In this document: piece by piece, positions 1 through 12,406 of the stretch
Layout of the letters: each line of letters begins with the position of its first letter
How positions within the stretch are numbered: position 1 is the stretch's first letter
NCBI GenBank assembly: GCA_035639575.1
Contig: DASQXT010000457.1
Location: forward strand, 1-44,574
Direction of reading: 5' to 3'
DNA length: 44,574 nt
Source: Geodermatophilus sp.
GTDB lineage: Bacteria > Actinomycetota > Actinomycetes > Mycobacteriales > Geodermatophilaceae
The notes under the pieces: generated by a model
What the model was told of the DNA's origin: nothing
Databases searched by the model: none
What the model saw: the letters and a program-made list of their open reading frames with translations, nothing else
Position numbers and translations under genes: made by a program

Positions 1-446
1 GTGTCGGGGGTGGCCAGCTTCTCTCCGAAGCGGTCGCTGCGGTGCAGCCAGCCGACGGGGGTGGCGTCGCCGTGCTCGGCGATCTGCCGGTGCGCCCACA
101 CGCTGATCGGGGCCAGCGGGTGCTCGTTGAGCTCGCTGCCGATGAGCACCGGCGTCCACTCGTCGAGCAGGCCGACCAGCGTGCGGATCAGACGGGTCTT
201 GCCCTGCCCGCGCTCGCCGAGCAGGACCAGGTCGTGGCCGGCGATGAGGGCGCGCTCCACCTCGGGGACGACGGTGTCCTCGAAGCCGACGATGCCCGGC
301 AGGGAGGGCTCGCCGGCCGCCAGACGGGCGAGCAGGTTGGCGCGGATCTCGGCCTTGACCGGCCGGAAGGTGGCCCCGCTGTCGCGGAGCTCGCCCAGGG
401 TCGTGGGGGCGGGGGGAGCGGAGGCGGGGGAGCCAGGGTCCGTCAC
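1..446 (-). CDS. AAA+ ATPase, magnesium chelatase/MoxR-like (Rv0958-like); 5' part only, runs off the window edge
   Basis: Hand translation from GTG at 446: VTDPGSPASAPPAPTTLGELRDSG...GIVGFEDTVVPEVERALIAGHDLVLLGERGQGKTRL...EKLATPD, containing Walker A GERGQGKT. Not in the ORF track because there is no stop inside the window. Confidence 0.8.
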   Translation of the reverse strand, partial: MTDPGSPASAPPAPTTLGELRDSGATFRPVKAEIRANLLARLAAGEPSLPGIVGFEDTVVPEVERALIAGHDLVLLGERGQGKTRLIRTLVGLLDEWTPVLIGSELNEHPLAPISVWAHRQIAEHGDATPVGWLHRSDRFGEKLATPD

Positions 447-530
447 CCCCGCCACGGTACGACGCAGGCGCCTCGCTGGTCACCCGTTCGGCCGCTGCCA
501 CCTGGGCGCCGTCCCTGCGAGGATCACGGC

Positions 531-1766
531 ATGACGGCTGCGGAGGCGGGGAGGACCGGACTGCTGATCGGCGGTGCGGACGTCGACGCCGCGGCGGCCC
601 TGCTGGAGGGGGTCGTCCGGCACACCCCGCTGGAGCACTCCCGCGCGCTGGCCGAGCGGGTCGGCGGCCCGGTGTGGCTCAAGTGCGAGAACCTCCAGCG
701 CACCGGCTCGTTCAAGATCCGCGGCGCCTACACCCGGCTGGCCCGGCTCACGCCGGAGGAGCGGGCCCGCGGCGTCGTCGCGGCCAGCGCGGGCAACCAC
801 GCGCAGGGGGTCGCCCTGGCCGCGCAGCTGCTCGGCATCCGGGCCACGGTGTTCATGCCCGAGAGCGCGCCGCTGCCCAAGGTGGCGGCCACCCGAGGCT
901 ACGGCGCCGAGGCCCGCCTGGGCGGCGCCTCGCTGACCGAGGCCCTCGCCGCGGCCGCCGAGCACGCGCAGCGCACCGGCGCGGTGTTCATCCACCCGTT
1001 CGACCACCCCGACGTGATCGCCGGGCAGGGGACGGTCGGGCTGGAGGTCCTCGACCAGTGCCCCGACGTCGCCACCGTCGTCGTGTGCACCGGGGGCGGG
1101 GGTCTGGTCTCGGGCATCGCGGCCGCCGTGCGGTCCCGCCGTCCCGGCGTCCGGGTGGTCGCCGTCCAGGCCGCCGCGGCCGCCGCCTTCCCCGGGTCGC
1201 TGGCCGCCGGCCGGCCGGTGGCGCTGTCGGGGATGACGACGATGGCCGACGGCATCGCCGTCGGCGCGCCGGGGGAGCTGACCTTCGCGCACGTCCGCGA
1301 GCTGGTCGACGAGGTGCGCACGGTCAGCGAGGAGGACCTCTCGCAGGCGCTGCTGTTCTGCCTGGAGCGGGCCAAGCTCGTCGTCGAGCCGGCCGGCGTG
1401 GCCGCGGTGGCCGCCGTGCTCGCCGACCCGGCCGCCTTCCCGCCGCCCGTGGTCGCGGTCGTCTCCGGCGGCAACATCGACCCGGTGCTGCTGCTCAAGG
1501 TCGTGCAGCACGGCATGGCCGCGGCCGGCCGCTACCTGTCGCTGCGGCTGCGGGTACCCGACCGGCCGGGGTCCCTCGCCGCGGTGCTCGGCGAGCTGGC
1601 GCAGGTCGGCGCCAACGTGCTGGAGGTCGAGCACGAGCGGACGGCGACCCGGCTGGGGCTGGGCGAGGTGGAGGTGTTCGTCGTCCTGGAGACCCGCGGA
1701 CCCGAGCACGCCGAGGAGGTGCTGGCCCGGCTGCACCGGGCCGGCTACACCGTCACCACCGGCTGA
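531..1766 (+). CDS. ilvA: Threonine ammonia-lyase (PLP-dependent) with C-terminal ACT domain
   Basis: KCENLQRTGSFKIRGA PLP-lysine motif, ASAGNHAQG, GGGGL, SGGNID, and an ACT domain (PDRPGSL). Start placed at ATG 531 within ORF 42..1766. Confidence 0.92.
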   Translation: MTAAEAGRTGLLIGGADVDAAAALLEGVVRHTPLEHSRALAERVGGPVWLKCENLQRTGSFKIRGAYTRLARLTPEERARGVVAASAGNHAQGVALAAQLLGIRATVFMPESAPLPKVAATRGYGAEARLGGASLTEALAAAAEHAQRTGAVFIHPFDHPDVIAGQGTVGLEVLDQCPDVATVVVCTGGGGLVSGIAAAVRSRRPGVRVVAVQAAAAAAFPGSLAAGRPVALSGMTTMADGIAVGAPGELTFAHVRELVDEVRTVSEEDLSQALLFCLERAKLVVEPAGVAAVAAVLADPAAFPPPVVAVVSGGNIDPVLLLKVVQHGMAAAGRYLSLRLRVPDRPGSLAAVLGELAQVGANVLEVEHERTATRLGLGEVEVFVVLETRGPEHAEEVLARLHRAGYTVTTG

Positions 1767-1850
1767 CAGAGGGCCGCCGCGGCCGGGGCCGGCGGGGACG
1801 ACCCGAAAACCGGTCGGGAAGTGTCGGGCCCGTCACCTAGTTTCCCGGTC

Positions 1851-2852
1851 ATGAGCGACGCGATCGTCGTCGAGGGCCTGGTGAAGCGCTTCGGCGCCAC
1901 CACCGCCCTCGACGGGGTGCACCTGACCGTGGCCGAGGGCTCCGTCCTGGGGCTGCTGGGTCCCAACGGCGCGGGCAAGACGACGGTGGTGCGGATCCTC
2001 ACGACCCTGCTGCGCGCCGACGCGGGGCGGGTGCGCGTGGCCGGCCTCGACGTGGTGGACGACGCCGACGCGGTGCGTGCCTCGATCGGGCTGACCGGCC
2101 AGTACGCCGCCGTCGACGAGTACCTCACCGGCCTGGAGAACCTGGAGATGGTGGGGCGGCTCTACCGGCTCGGGAAGCGCGAGGCGCGGGCGCGGGCGGG
2201 CGAGCTGCTCGAGCGCTTCGACCTCACGGGAGCGGCCGACCGGCCGGCCAAGACCTACTCCGGCGGCATGCGCCGGCGGCTGGACATCGCCGCCTCGCTG
2301 ATCGCCCGGCCACGCATCCTCTTCCTCGACGAGCCGACGACGGGCCTGGACCCGCGCAGCCGGCTGGGCATGTGGGAGTTCATCGCCGACCTCGCCGACG
2401 GCGGGACGACGATCCTGCTGACCACGCAGTACCTGGAGGAGGCCGACCGGCTGGCCGACCGGATGGTCGTCATCGACCGGGGGCGGGTCATCGCCCGCGG
2501 CACCGCCGACGACCTCAAGGACCAGGTGGGCGGCCAGCGCCTGGAGCTCACCGTCCGGGACGCGGCCGACCTCGGCGAGGTGGCCCGCCGGCTGCGGCCG
2601 CTCGGGGTCGACGAGCCCCGGCTGGACGAGTCGACGCGGCGGCTCTCGCTGCCGGTCAGCGGCGGCACCGACGCCCTCGCCGAGGCGCTGCGGGTGCTCG
2701 CCGCCATCGACGTCGAGGTGCTCGACGTGGGGCTGCGCCGTCCCGACCTCGACGACGTCTTCCTGACCCTCACCGGCCACGCCGCCGAGGACGGGGACCG
2801 CACCCAGGCCGGCGACCGGACGCCGGTGGCCGCAGGGGAGGGGGCAGCGTGA
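1851..2852 (+). CDS. ABC transporter ATP-binding protein, DrrA family
   Basis: Walker A GPNGAGKTT, signature YSGGMRRR, Walker B LFLDEPTTGLDP, C-terminal PDLDDVFLTLTG. Confidence 0.92.
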   Translation: MSDAIVVEGLVKRFGATTALDGVHLTVAEGSVLGLLGPNGAGKTTVVRILTTLLRADAGRVRVAGLDVVDDADAVRASIGLTGQYAAVDEYLTGLENLEMVGRLYRLGKREARARAGELLERFDLTGAADRPAKTYSGGMRRRLDIAASLIARPRILFLDEPTTGLDPRSRLGMWEFIADLADGGTTILLTTQYLEEADRLADRMVVIDRGRVIARGTADDLKDQVGGQRLELTVRDAADLGEVARRLRPLGVDEPRLDESTRRLSLPVSGGTDALAEALRVLAAIDVEVLDVGLRRPDLDDVFLTLTGHAAEDGDRTQAGDRTPVAAGEGAA

Positions 2853-3658
2853 CCGCGTTCGGGGCGGCGGTGGCCGACGGGCTGACGATCACCCGCCGCA
2901 ACCTCATCAAGATCAAGCGGGTGCCCGACCTGATCGTCTTCGCGACGCTGTCGCCGATCATGTTCGTGCTGCTGTTCCGCTACGTCTTCGGCGGCGCGAT
3001 CGGCGGCCTGCCGCCGGGCATCTCCTACGCGGAGTTCCTGCTGCCGGGGATCTTCGCGCAGACGGTGGTCTTCGGGTCGACGACCACCGGGGCCAGCATC
3101 GCCGAGGACCTGCAGAAGGGGCTCATCGACCGGTTCCGCTCGCTGCCGATGGCCCGCTCCGCCGTCCTGGTGGGGCGCACCGTCGCCGACCTCGGGCTCA
3201 ACGCCATCTCGATCGCCGTGATGGCGCTGACCGGGCTGGTGGTCGGGTGGCGGGTCAGCTCCTCGCTCGGGGAGGCGATCGGCGGCTTCCTCGTGCTGCT
3301 GGTGTTCGCCTACGCGATCTCCTGGCTCATGGCGGTGGTCGGGCTGCTCGTCCGGACGCCGGAGGTGGTGAACAACGCCAGCTTCATCGTGATCTTCCCG
3401 CTCACGTTCGTGGCCAGCACCTTCGTCCCGCTGGAGACCTTCCCGTCGGTGCTGCGCACCTTCGCCGAGTGGAACCCGGTGTCGGCGGTGACCCAGGCGG
3501 CACGGGAGCTGTTCGGCAACGTCCCCGCCGGTGCCCCGGTGCCCGACGTGTGGTCGCTGCAGCACCCGGTGCTCTACACGCTGCTCTGGACGGCGCTCAT
3601 CCTCGCCGTCTTCGTGCCCCTGTCGGTCCGGCTCTACCAGCGCACCGCGACGAGGTGA
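2849..3658 (+). CDS. ABC-2 type permease, DrrB family
   Basis: Multi-pass hydrophobic protein with GLIDRFRSLPMAR and WNPVS motifs. Its GTG overlaps the ATPase stop (GTGA). Confidence 0.9.
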   Translation: MTAFGAAVADGLTITRRNLIKIKRVPDLIVFATLSPIMFVLLFRYVFGGAIGGLPPGISYAEFLLPGIFAQTVVFGSTTTGASIAEDLQKGLIDRFRSLPMARSAVLVGRTVADLGLNAISIAVMALTGLVVGWRVSSSLGEAIGGFLVLLVFAYAISWLMAVVGLLVRTPEVVNNASFIVIFPLTFVASTFVPLETFPSVLRTFAEWNPVSAVTQAARELFGNVPAGAPVPDVWSLQHPVLYTLLWTALILAVFVPLSVRLYQRTATR

Positions 3659-3676
3659 GGGAAGGGGCGGTGGAGG

Positions 3677-5746
3677 ATGGACCTCGTGCCCGCCTCCGCC
3701 GCCCCGTCCGCCGACAACCCGCTGCTCGAGCCGTCGCGACTGCCGCTGCAGCTGCCACCCTTCGCGGAGATCACCCTCGAGCACTGCCGCGAGGCGGTGC
3801 TGGCCGGGATGGCCGAGCAGCGTGCCGAGGTCGCCGTCCTCGTCGGGTCACCCGAGCCGCCGACGTTCGAGAACACCGTCGTCGCGCTGGAGCGGTCCGG
3901 GCGGCTGTATCGCCGCGCCGGCGCGGTGTTCCACAACCTCGCCTCGTCGGTCGCGACCGACCGGCTGCGGGAGATCGAGCGGGAGCTGGCTCCGCTGGAG
4001 TCCGCGCACGCCGACGCCCTGCGGCTGGACCCCGTCCTGTTCGCCCGAATCGACGCCGTCCACGCGCAGCGGCACGACGCGGGCCTGGACGACGAGGCCG
4101 TCCGGCTGGTCGAGCGCTACCACCTGGACTTCGTGCTCGCGGGCGCACGGCTCGACGAGGCCGGCCGGGCCCGGCTGACCGAGCTGAACCGCGAGCTCTC
4201 CGAGCTGTCCACGACGTTCGGGCAGAACCTGCAGCTGGCCACCCAGGCCGCCGCGGTCGTCGTCAGCGACGCCGCCGAGCTCGACGGGCTGGGCCCGGAG
4301 GAGGTCGCCGCGGCAGCCCGCGCCGCCGCCGACCGCGGAGTGGCCGGCTTCCTCATCCCGCTGCTGCTGCCCACCGGCCAGCCGGTGCTGACCAAGCTGC
4401 GCGACCGGGAGCTGCGCCGCCGGGTGTTCGAGGCCTCGGTGGGCCGGGCGTCGGACGGCGAGCACGACAACGGGCCGGTCGCCGTCCGGATCGCCCGGGT
4501 GCGCGCCGAGCGCGCCCGGCTGCTCGGCTTCGACACCCACGCCGACCTGGTGCTCGCCGACCAGACCGCGCGCAGCACCGCGGCGGTCGACGCGATGCTC
4601 GGCCGGATGGTGGGCCCGTCGCTGGCCAACGCGCAGGCGGAGGCGGCCGCGCTCGGCGAGGTCGCCGCGCGGGACGGCGTGACCGACCTGGCGCCCTGGG
4701 ACTGGGCCTTCTACAGCGAGCGGGTGCGCGCCGAGCGGTACTCGGTCGACACCGGGGCGCTGCGACCGTGGTTCGAGCTGGACCGGGTGCTCGTCGACGG
4801 CGTCTTCGCCGCCGCGGAGCGGCTCTACGGCTACCGGTTCACGCCGCGGCCCGACCTCGCCGGCTACCACCCCGACGTCCGGGTCTGGGAGGTCACCGAC
4901 GCGGGCGGGCAGACGATCGGCCTCTACCTCGGCGACTTCTACGCCCGCGAGGGCAAGCGCGGCGGGGCCTGGATGAGCTCGTTCGTCACCCAGTCGCGGC
5001 TGCTGGGCACCCAGCCGGTCGTCGTGAACAACCTCAACGTCACCCGTGGCGCCGACGGGACGCCCACCCTGCTGACCCTCGACGAGGTCAACACGCTGTT
5101 CCACGAGTTCGGCCACACGTTGCACGGCCTGAGCTCCGCCGTCACCTACCCGCGCTTCTCCGGCACCAGCGTGCCGCGCGACTTCGTCGAGTTCCCGAGC
5201 CAGGTCAACGAGATGTGGGCGCTGTGGCCGGAGGTCCTGGCCGGGTACGCCCGGCACGTCGAGACCGGTGAGCCGCTGCCGGCCAGCGTCGTCGAGGCGA
5301 TCGAGGCCGCCCAGCTGTGGGGTGAGGGCTTCGCGACGCTGGAGTACCTGGCGGCCACCCTGCTCGACCAGGCCTGGCACCGGATCACGCCGGAGACCGA
5401 GGTCGGCGACCCGCAGGAGTTCGAGCGGGCCGCGCTCGAGGCAGCCGGTGTCGCCTACGACCTGGTGCCACCCCGCTACCGGACGACGTACTTCCAGCAC
5501 GTCTTCGCCGGGGGCTACGCGGCCGGCTACTACTCCTACATCTGGTCGGAGGTGCTCGACGCCGACACGGTGGAGTGGTTCAAGGAGAACGGCGGGCTGC
5601 GCCGGGAGAACGGCGAGGTCTTCCGGTCGCGGCTGCTGTCCGTCGGCGGAGCGGTGGACCCGCTGGAGGCCTTCCGCGCCGTCCGCGGCCGGGACGCCGA
5701 CCCCACGCCGCTGCTGAAGCGGAGGGGGTTGCTGCCGGCCGACTGA
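3677..5746 (+). CDS. dcp: M3 family metallopeptidase (peptidyl-dipeptidase Dcp-like)
   Basis: HEFGH zinc motif, KRGGAWM, RDFVEFPSQ and YAAGYYSYIWSE motifs. Confidence 0.9.
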   Translation: MDLVPASAAPSADNPLLEPSRLPLQLPPFAEITLEHCREAVLAGMAEQRAEVAVLVGSPEPPTFENTVVALERSGRLYRRAGAVFHNLASSVATDRLREIERELAPLESAHADALRLDPVLFARIDAVHAQRHDAGLDDEAVRLVERYHLDFVLAGARLDEAGRARLTELNRELSELSTTFGQNLQLATQAAAVVVSDAAELDGLGPEEVAAAARAAADRGVAGFLIPLLLPTGQPVLTKLRDRELRRRVFEASVGRASDGEHDNGPVAVRIARVRAERARLLGFDTHADLVLADQTARSTAAVDAMLGRMVGPSLANAQAEAAALGEVAARDGVTDLAPWDWAFYSERVRAERYSVDTGALRPWFELDRVLVDGVFAAAERLYGYRFTPRPDLAGYHPDVRVWEVTDAGGQTIGLYLGDFYAREGKRGGAWMSSFVTQSRLLGTQPVVVNNLNVTRGADGTPTLLTLDEVNTLFHEFGHTLHGLSSAVTYPRFSGTSVPRDFVEFPSQVNEMWALWPEVLAGYARHVETGEPLPASVVEAIEAAQLWGEGFATLEYLAATLLDQAWHRITPETEVGDPQEFERAALEAAGVAYDLVPPRYRTTYFQHVFAGGYAAGYYSYIWSEVLDADTVEWFKENGGLRRENGEVFRSRLLSVGGAVDPLEAFRAVRGRDADPTPLLKRRGLLPAD

Positions 5747-5750
5747 GCTG

Positions 5751-5856
5751 ACTGCGGTCCTCCGGACCGCACCGCGGCCAGGTGCCGTCCCCCAACTGCG
5801 TTGAGCCGCTGCGTCGTTCCTCGCGGAGACCCTCCGGGCCTCCACTCGTCACGACC
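5751..5856 (-). repeat. Dispersed ~105-nt structured repeat, copy 1, between convergent dcp and RNHCP genes
   Basis: Its reverse complement aligns with 13675-13779, including a 35-nt identical block. Two stems are capped by GGA loops. Confidence 0.85.
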
Positions 5857-5864
5857 TGATCGCA

Positions 5865-6191
5865 CTACAACCAGGGCAGGGACAGGACGACGTCGAGGTC
5901 GTCGGGCCCGTCGCCCTCGCGGACCAGCCGGTTGGGCTGGCGGTGGCCGCACGCCGTGCAGCGGTGGACCACCTGCCAGCCCTTGCCGGACTTCTCCACC
6001 AGGCCGATCGGCTCCATCGGCGCCTGGCAGGTGCTCGCCCGGTCGCCGGGGAGGTCGTCGACGTGCAGCGACCACAGGCACACCGGGCAGTGGTTGCGGT
6101 AGTGCCCGTCGGTGTTGGCCGGCACCGCCGAGCCGCAGTGCACGCAGGCGAACCCGGTGTTCTCCACCCGCCGGGAGCGGACGGGGCTCAC
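5865..6191 (-). CDS. RNHCP domain protein (putative zinc-binding)
   Basis: FACVHCG...HYRNHCPVCLWSLHVD...PGDRAS...HRCTACG. Confidence 0.88.
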   Translation of the reverse strand: MSPVRSRRVENTGFACVHCGSAVPANTDGHYRNHCPVCLWSLHVDDLPGDRASTCQAPMEPIGLVEKSGKGWQVVHRCTACGHRQPNRLVREGDGPDDLDVVLSLPWL

Positions 6192-6204
6192 GGACGGGCC
6201 CCGG

Positions 6205-6708
6205 TCAGGGGACGAAGGGCTCGACGGCGACGACGTCGACGGTGATGTCGCGGCCGTTGGGCGCCTGGTAGGTCACCGTCGTCCCGGGCTTCGCGCCGAG
6301 GATGGCCGAGCCGAGCGCCGACTCGGGGGAGTAGACCTGCAGCCCCGTCGTCCCGGCGATCTCGCGCGAGCCGAGGAGGAACTTCTCGGTCTCGTCGTCA
6401 CCCTGGAAGCGGATGGTGATCACGGTGCCGGTGGTGGCGTGCGTCGCCGTCGTGGGCGCGTTGCCGACGCGGGCCTTGCGCAGCAGGTCCTCCAGCTGGC
6501 GGATGCGGAACTCCTGCTTGCCCTGCTCGTCCTTGGCGGCGTGGTAACCGCCGTTCTCGCGCAGGTCGCCCTCCTCGCGGCGGGCGTTGATCTCGGCGGC
6601 CATGGCCGGACGGTTCGCCACCAGCTGGTCGAGCTCGGCCCTCAGCCGGTCGTGGGCCTCCTGGGTCAGCCAGACGCCCTGGTCCTGCTCGTCAGTGGGG
6701 GTGGACAC
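6205..6708 (-). CDS. greA: Transcription elongation factor GreA
   Basis: WLTQEAHDRL, AREEGDLRENGGYHAAK and YSPESALGSAI motifs. AGGAG SD precedes GTG 6708. Confidence 0.95.
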   Translation of the reverse strand: MSTPTDEQDQGVWLTQEAHDRLRAELDQLVANRPAMAAEINARREEGDLRENGGYHAAKDEQGKQEFRIRQLEDLLRKARVGNAPTTATHATTGTVITIRFQGDDETEKFLLGSREIAGTTGLQVYSPESALGSAILGAKPGTTVTYQAPNGRDITVDVVAVEPFVP

Positions 6709-6926
6709 GGCAGTGCTCCTGAAATGTCGGTGGCCGCTCCCCGCCCGGGGAACGGCCGCGTTCAGAACGGCCAACGTAACACCGTCGGCCCGGGTCGGTG
6801 TTCCACCGGCGCCCAGGCCTCCGGGATGCGGAACGGTAGCGGACCGGAGCGTGACGAGCGCCACGAACACCCGATCGAGGGCCCCGGCGGCGGCGGCACC
6901 CCTCGTGGCCGGTGGATGATGGTCCG

Positions 6927-7814
6927 GTGACCGAAGCAGACCCGTTGCGCCTGCTCGCCGTGCACGCCCACCCCGACGACGAGTCGAGCAAGGGCGCCGC
7001 GACCATGGCCAAGTACGTCGCGGAGGGTGTCCGCGTCATGGTGGCGACCTGCACCGGGGGTGAGCGCGGTTCGGTGCTCAACCCGGCGCTGGACCGGCCC
7101 GACGTCTGGGAGCGCCTGCCGGAGATCCGCCGCGAGGAGATGGCCCGGGCGCGGGAGGTCCTCGGCGTCGAGCAGGAGTTCCTCGGGTTCGTGGACTCCG
7201 GTCTGCCCGAGGGCGACCCGCTGCCCCCCCTGCCCGAGGGCTGTTTCGCGCTGGTGCCGACCGAGGAGGCGGCCGCGCCCCTGGTCGAGCTGATCCGCCG
7301 GTTCAAGCCGCACGTCATCACCACGTACGACGAGCGCGGCGGCTACCCGCACCCGGACCACATCAAGACCCACGAGGTCTCGGTGCACGCCTTCGACGCC
7401 GCCGGCGACCCCGACCGCTACCCCGGGCTCGGGGAGCCGTGGCAGCCGCTCAAGCTCTACTACCACATGGGCTTCACGCTGCCCCGGACGCGGGCGCTGC
7501 ACGAGGCGATCCTCGCCTCGGGCCAGGAGTCGCCCTACGCCGAGTGGCTGGAGAACTGGGACCCCGAGCGGGACATGTCGCACCGGGTCACCACCAAGGT
7601 GCCGTGCGCGGAGTACTTCGCCGTCCGGGACGCCGCGCTGATCGCGCACGCCACCCAGATCGACCCGAACGGCCGCTGGTTCGCCTGCCCGCTGGAGGTC
7701 CAGCAGCGGGTCTGGCCGACCGAGGACTACGAACTGGCCCGGTCGGTCGTCGACTCGCCGGCGCCCGAGGACGACCTGTTCGCCGGCGTCCGCAGCGAGG
7801 TGGTCGTCCGATGA
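6927..7814 (+). CDS. mca: Mycothiol conjugate amidase
   Basis: [35 protein letters not shown] and AHATQIDP motifs. Divergent from greA as in other actinobacteria. Confidence 0.92.
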   Translation: MTEADPLRLLAVHAHPDDESSKGAATMAKYVAEGVRVMVATCTGGERGSVLNPALDRPDVWERLPEIRREEMARAREVLGVEQEFLGFVDSGLPEGDPLPPLPEGCFALVPTEEAAAPLVELIRRFKPHVITTYDERGGYPHPDHIKTHEVSVHAFDAAGDPDRYPGLGEPWQPLKLYYHMGFTLPRTRALHEAILASGQESPYAEWLENWDPERDMSHRVTTKVPCAEYFAVRDAALIAHATQIDPNGRWFACPLEVQQRVWPTEDYELARSVVDSPAPEDDLFAGVRSEVVVR

Positions 7815-8137
7815 CCGGGTTCGTGGTCCTCGCCGCCGAGCAGCAGCTGCCCGAGGACGTCGGCAAGGCCGGCCCCATCGGTGCGCTGCTGACCGTGCTG
7901 CTCTTCATCGCGGTCCTCCTGCTGGTGAGGTCGATGACCACCCACCTCAAGCGGGTGCCGCGGAGCTTCGACGTCGGGGACGACGGCCCGCGGGTCGTCG
8001 TCCCCGACACCCCCGCCGAGCTGGTGGACCCGGCACCTGCGCCGGGGCAGGACCTGCTCGACACGCTGCGGCGGGCACCCCGGGCGATCGAGGGCCCCCG
8101 CCGGGACGACGGCCGGCCGGACGCCACGGAGGGCTGA
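7811..8137 (+). CDS. Small membrane protein downstream of mca (conserved actinobacterial hypothetical)
   Basis: ATGA overlap with the mca stop. GKAGPIG followed by one TM helix and [15 protein letters not shown]. Confidence 0.7.
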   Translation: MTGFVVLAAEQQLPEDVGKAGPIGALLTVLLFIAVLLLVRSMTTHLKRVPRSFDVGDDGPRVVVPDTPAELVDPAPAPGQDLLDTLRRAPRAIEGPRRDDGRPDATEG

Positions 8138-8161
8138 CCGGCCGGCCGCCGCCGGTCCGGG

Positions 8162-8725
8162 CTACCAGCGGTGCGCCACGTCGATGACCAGCCGTGGGGT
8201 GTCGTCGGAGTCCGGCGTCCCGGCGACGCTGAAGACGCGGAACGGCAGCCGGGCGCGAACGCCGAGGGCCAGCGTGGTCGCGCCCTCGAAGGAGCCGGCC
8301 CAGGCCACCTGCCGGAAGGTGGTGTAGCCGCTGACGTCCACGACCTCCTGCGGGTCGGCCGGCTGGAACGTCGGCCGTCCCTGGTCGTCGTACGCCGGTG
8401 CGCGCACGACGACCTCGAGGTCCGCGGCGCCGCGGACGGGCACCGGCTCGCCGGAGGCGTCCTGCAGCACGACCGGCACGTACCGGACCGAGTACGAGCC
8501 GAAGGTGGTGTCCTCCCCGCCGACGTCGATGACGAGCCGGTCGAAGCAGGCGTGCCGCCCCGCGCGGACGTCGTACAGCCGCTCCCGGTCGCCGGCGTCC
8601 GCCGTCTTCGCCTGCGAGCCCCAGGTGATCCCGCAGGAGGAACTCGCGCTCGCCTGGGCGGGCGCGACCACCCCCAGCGTGGCGAGGGCGGAGACGGCGA
8701 GGACGAGGAACCGGGACCGGTTCAT
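8162..8725 (-). CDS. Secreted AMIN-like domain protein
   Basis: Signal peptide MNRSRFLVLAVSALATLGVVAPAQA, plus VRAGRHACFDRLVID, GSFEG and RLVIDVAH motifs. GAGGAGG SD. Confidence 0.72.
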   Translation of the reverse strand: MNRSRFLVLAVSALATLGVVAPAQASASSSCGITWGSQAKTADAGDRERLYDVRAGRHACFDRLVIDVGGEDTTFGSYSVRYVPVVLQDASGEPVPVRGAADLEVVVRAPAYDDQGRPTFQPADPQEVVDVSGYTTFRQVAWAGSFEGATTLALGVRARLPFRVFSVAGTPDSDDTPRLVIDVAHRW

Positions 8726-9006
8726 GGCGGGCCTCCTCGAGGAGATCGGTGCCGACGGCAGGATCTGCCCGACGCGACCGTCGGCGCCATGAGCGTCGAC
8801 ATGTCGACTCGACGAACCTCTCGCCGTTTCGACGGCAGGAGGTGACGAACAGGACGGGCGGGCCTCCCCGCAGGTCCCGGCAGCTCGTGCTACAGCACTG
8901 TCCGGGTCAGGTGGCATCCACGGACGGTCACCACCTGCCTCGCCGGGACGAGGGCGAGCGCGCCGCGGCGGGGCGTGCCACGGGAGTCCGCGGGTAGCCA
9001 GGAGTC

Positions 9007-11004
<1,998 letters not shown>

Positions 11005-11060
11005 CCCGGCCACGACGACTTACCTTGTAAGTGTGTAATCACCTCACTCGGGAGGCCGTC

Positions 11061-11681
11061 GTGCACGGACCGCACCACCGTTTCGCTGACAACCCCAACG
11101 CCTTCATGCGCGGCGCGTTCCGCGGCCCGCGCGGCCGCGGCCCCGGCGGTCGCGGCCGGGGTCCGGACGCCCCGCCCCCGGTCGAGCGCGCCGAGGTCGC
11201 CGGCTGGTTCGCCGGCCGGCTGCCCGACGACTGGTTCACCGGGCCGGTCGAGATCACCGTCGACCGCGACGAGATCACCGTCGTCGGCACCCTGGCCGAG
11301 CCTGAGGCCGGCGAGGGCGACGCCGCCGCGGCGCGGGCCGGGCGGATCGCCCGCTTCCGCGAGGAGACCCGCGAGCAGCGCATGGCCGTCGCCGACGCCG
11401 CGCAGGCCCGCTACGGCCGCTCGGTCGCGTGGGGCGCGGCCTGCGGCGACGTCCGGGAGGTGTTCACCAACCTCTCGGTGCCGGTCATGACCCGGCTGCG
11501 GCAGCCCGAGCGGCTGGTCCTCGACACGCTCGTGGACGCCGGGGTCGCCCGGTCCCGCTCCGAGGCGCTGGCCTGGGCGGTGCGGCTCGTCGCCCAGCAC
11601 ACCGACGAGTGGCTCGGCGAGCTGCGCGCCGCGATGGCCTCGGTCGAGGAGGTCCGCGCCCGCGGGCCGCAGGTCGACTGA
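11061..11681 (+). CDS. Conserved actinobacterial hypothetical protein with a possible C-terminal ribbon-helix-helix-like segment
   Basis: GGAGG SD before GTG 11061. C-terminal PVMTRLRQPERLVLDTLVDAGVARSRSEALAWAVR. Confidence 0.65.
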   Translation: MHGPHHRFADNPNAFMRGAFRGPRGRGPGGRGRGPDAPPPVERAEVAGWFAGRLPDDWFTGPVEITVDRDEITVVGTLAEPEAGEGDAAAARAGRIARFREETREQRMAVADAAQARYGRSVAWGAACGDVREVFTNLSVPVMTRLRQPERLVLDTLVDAGVARSRSEALAWAVRLVAQHTDEWLGELRAAMASVEEVRARGPQVD

Positions 11682-11701
11682 CCGTCTGCCAGGCTGCCCG
11701 G

Positions 11702-12364
11702 GTGCCGTCGTCCACGGAGCTGCTCCGGGCCACCTACCGCGCCCTGTCCACGCTGGTCGCGGACCTGCGGCCGGAGGAGGCCTGGCAGCCGACCGGGTGC
11801 GCCGGCTGGGCGGTCCCGGACCTGACGCTGCACCTGGTCGACGACGCCCGCCGGGGCCTGGTCGCGCTGGCCACCCCGGCGGCGCCGCCGGCCACGAGCG
11901 ACGCCGTCGCCTACTGGCGGGCCTGGCAGCCGACCGCGGCGCAGGACGAGGACGTCGCCTGGCGCACCCGCGTCCGCGCCAGCGTGGCCGGCGGCCCGGC
12001 GGAGCTGTCCGCGGTGTACGCCGAGCTCGTGGCCGCGGTCGGTGTGGCCGCGGGCCGGTCCCGGCCCGACGACCTGGTCGGCACCCAGGGGCACGTGCTG
12101 CGCGCTGACGACCTGCTGTCCACGCTGGCCGTGGAGGCCGCGGTGCACCACCTGGACCTGGTGGCCTGCCTCGACCGTCCCGGCCCGGCACCGGAGGCGC
12201 TCGCCGAGGTCCGCCGGGTGCTCGAGGGCCTGCTCGGCGGCCCGCTGCCCGCCGGGTGGGACGACGCGACGGCGGCTCGGCGCGGCACCGGCCGGGAGCC
12301 GCTGGACGACGCCGACCGCGCCGTCCTGGGGCCGTCGGCGGAGCGCTTCCCGCTGTTCGGCTGA
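11702..12364 (+). CDS. Mycothiol-dependent maleylpyruvate isomerase N-terminal (MDMPI/DinB-like) family protein
   Basis: PTGCAGWAVPDLTLHL and EAAVHHLDL metal-binding motifs. Confidence 0.8.
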   Translation: MPSSTELLRATYRALSTLVADLRPEEAWQPTGCAGWAVPDLTLHLVDDARRGLVALATPAAPPATSDAVAYWRAWQPTAAQDEDVAWRTRVRASVAGGPAELSAVYAELVAAVGVAAGRSRPDDLVGTQGHVLRADDLLSTLAVEAAVHHLDLVACLDRPGPAPEALAEVRRVLEGLLGGPLPAGWDDATAARRGTGREPLDDADRAVLGPSAERFPLFG

Positions 12365-12406
12365 GGGGTCGCGGCCGCGTTCCGCGCAGCCAGGGACACT
12401 GGGGTC

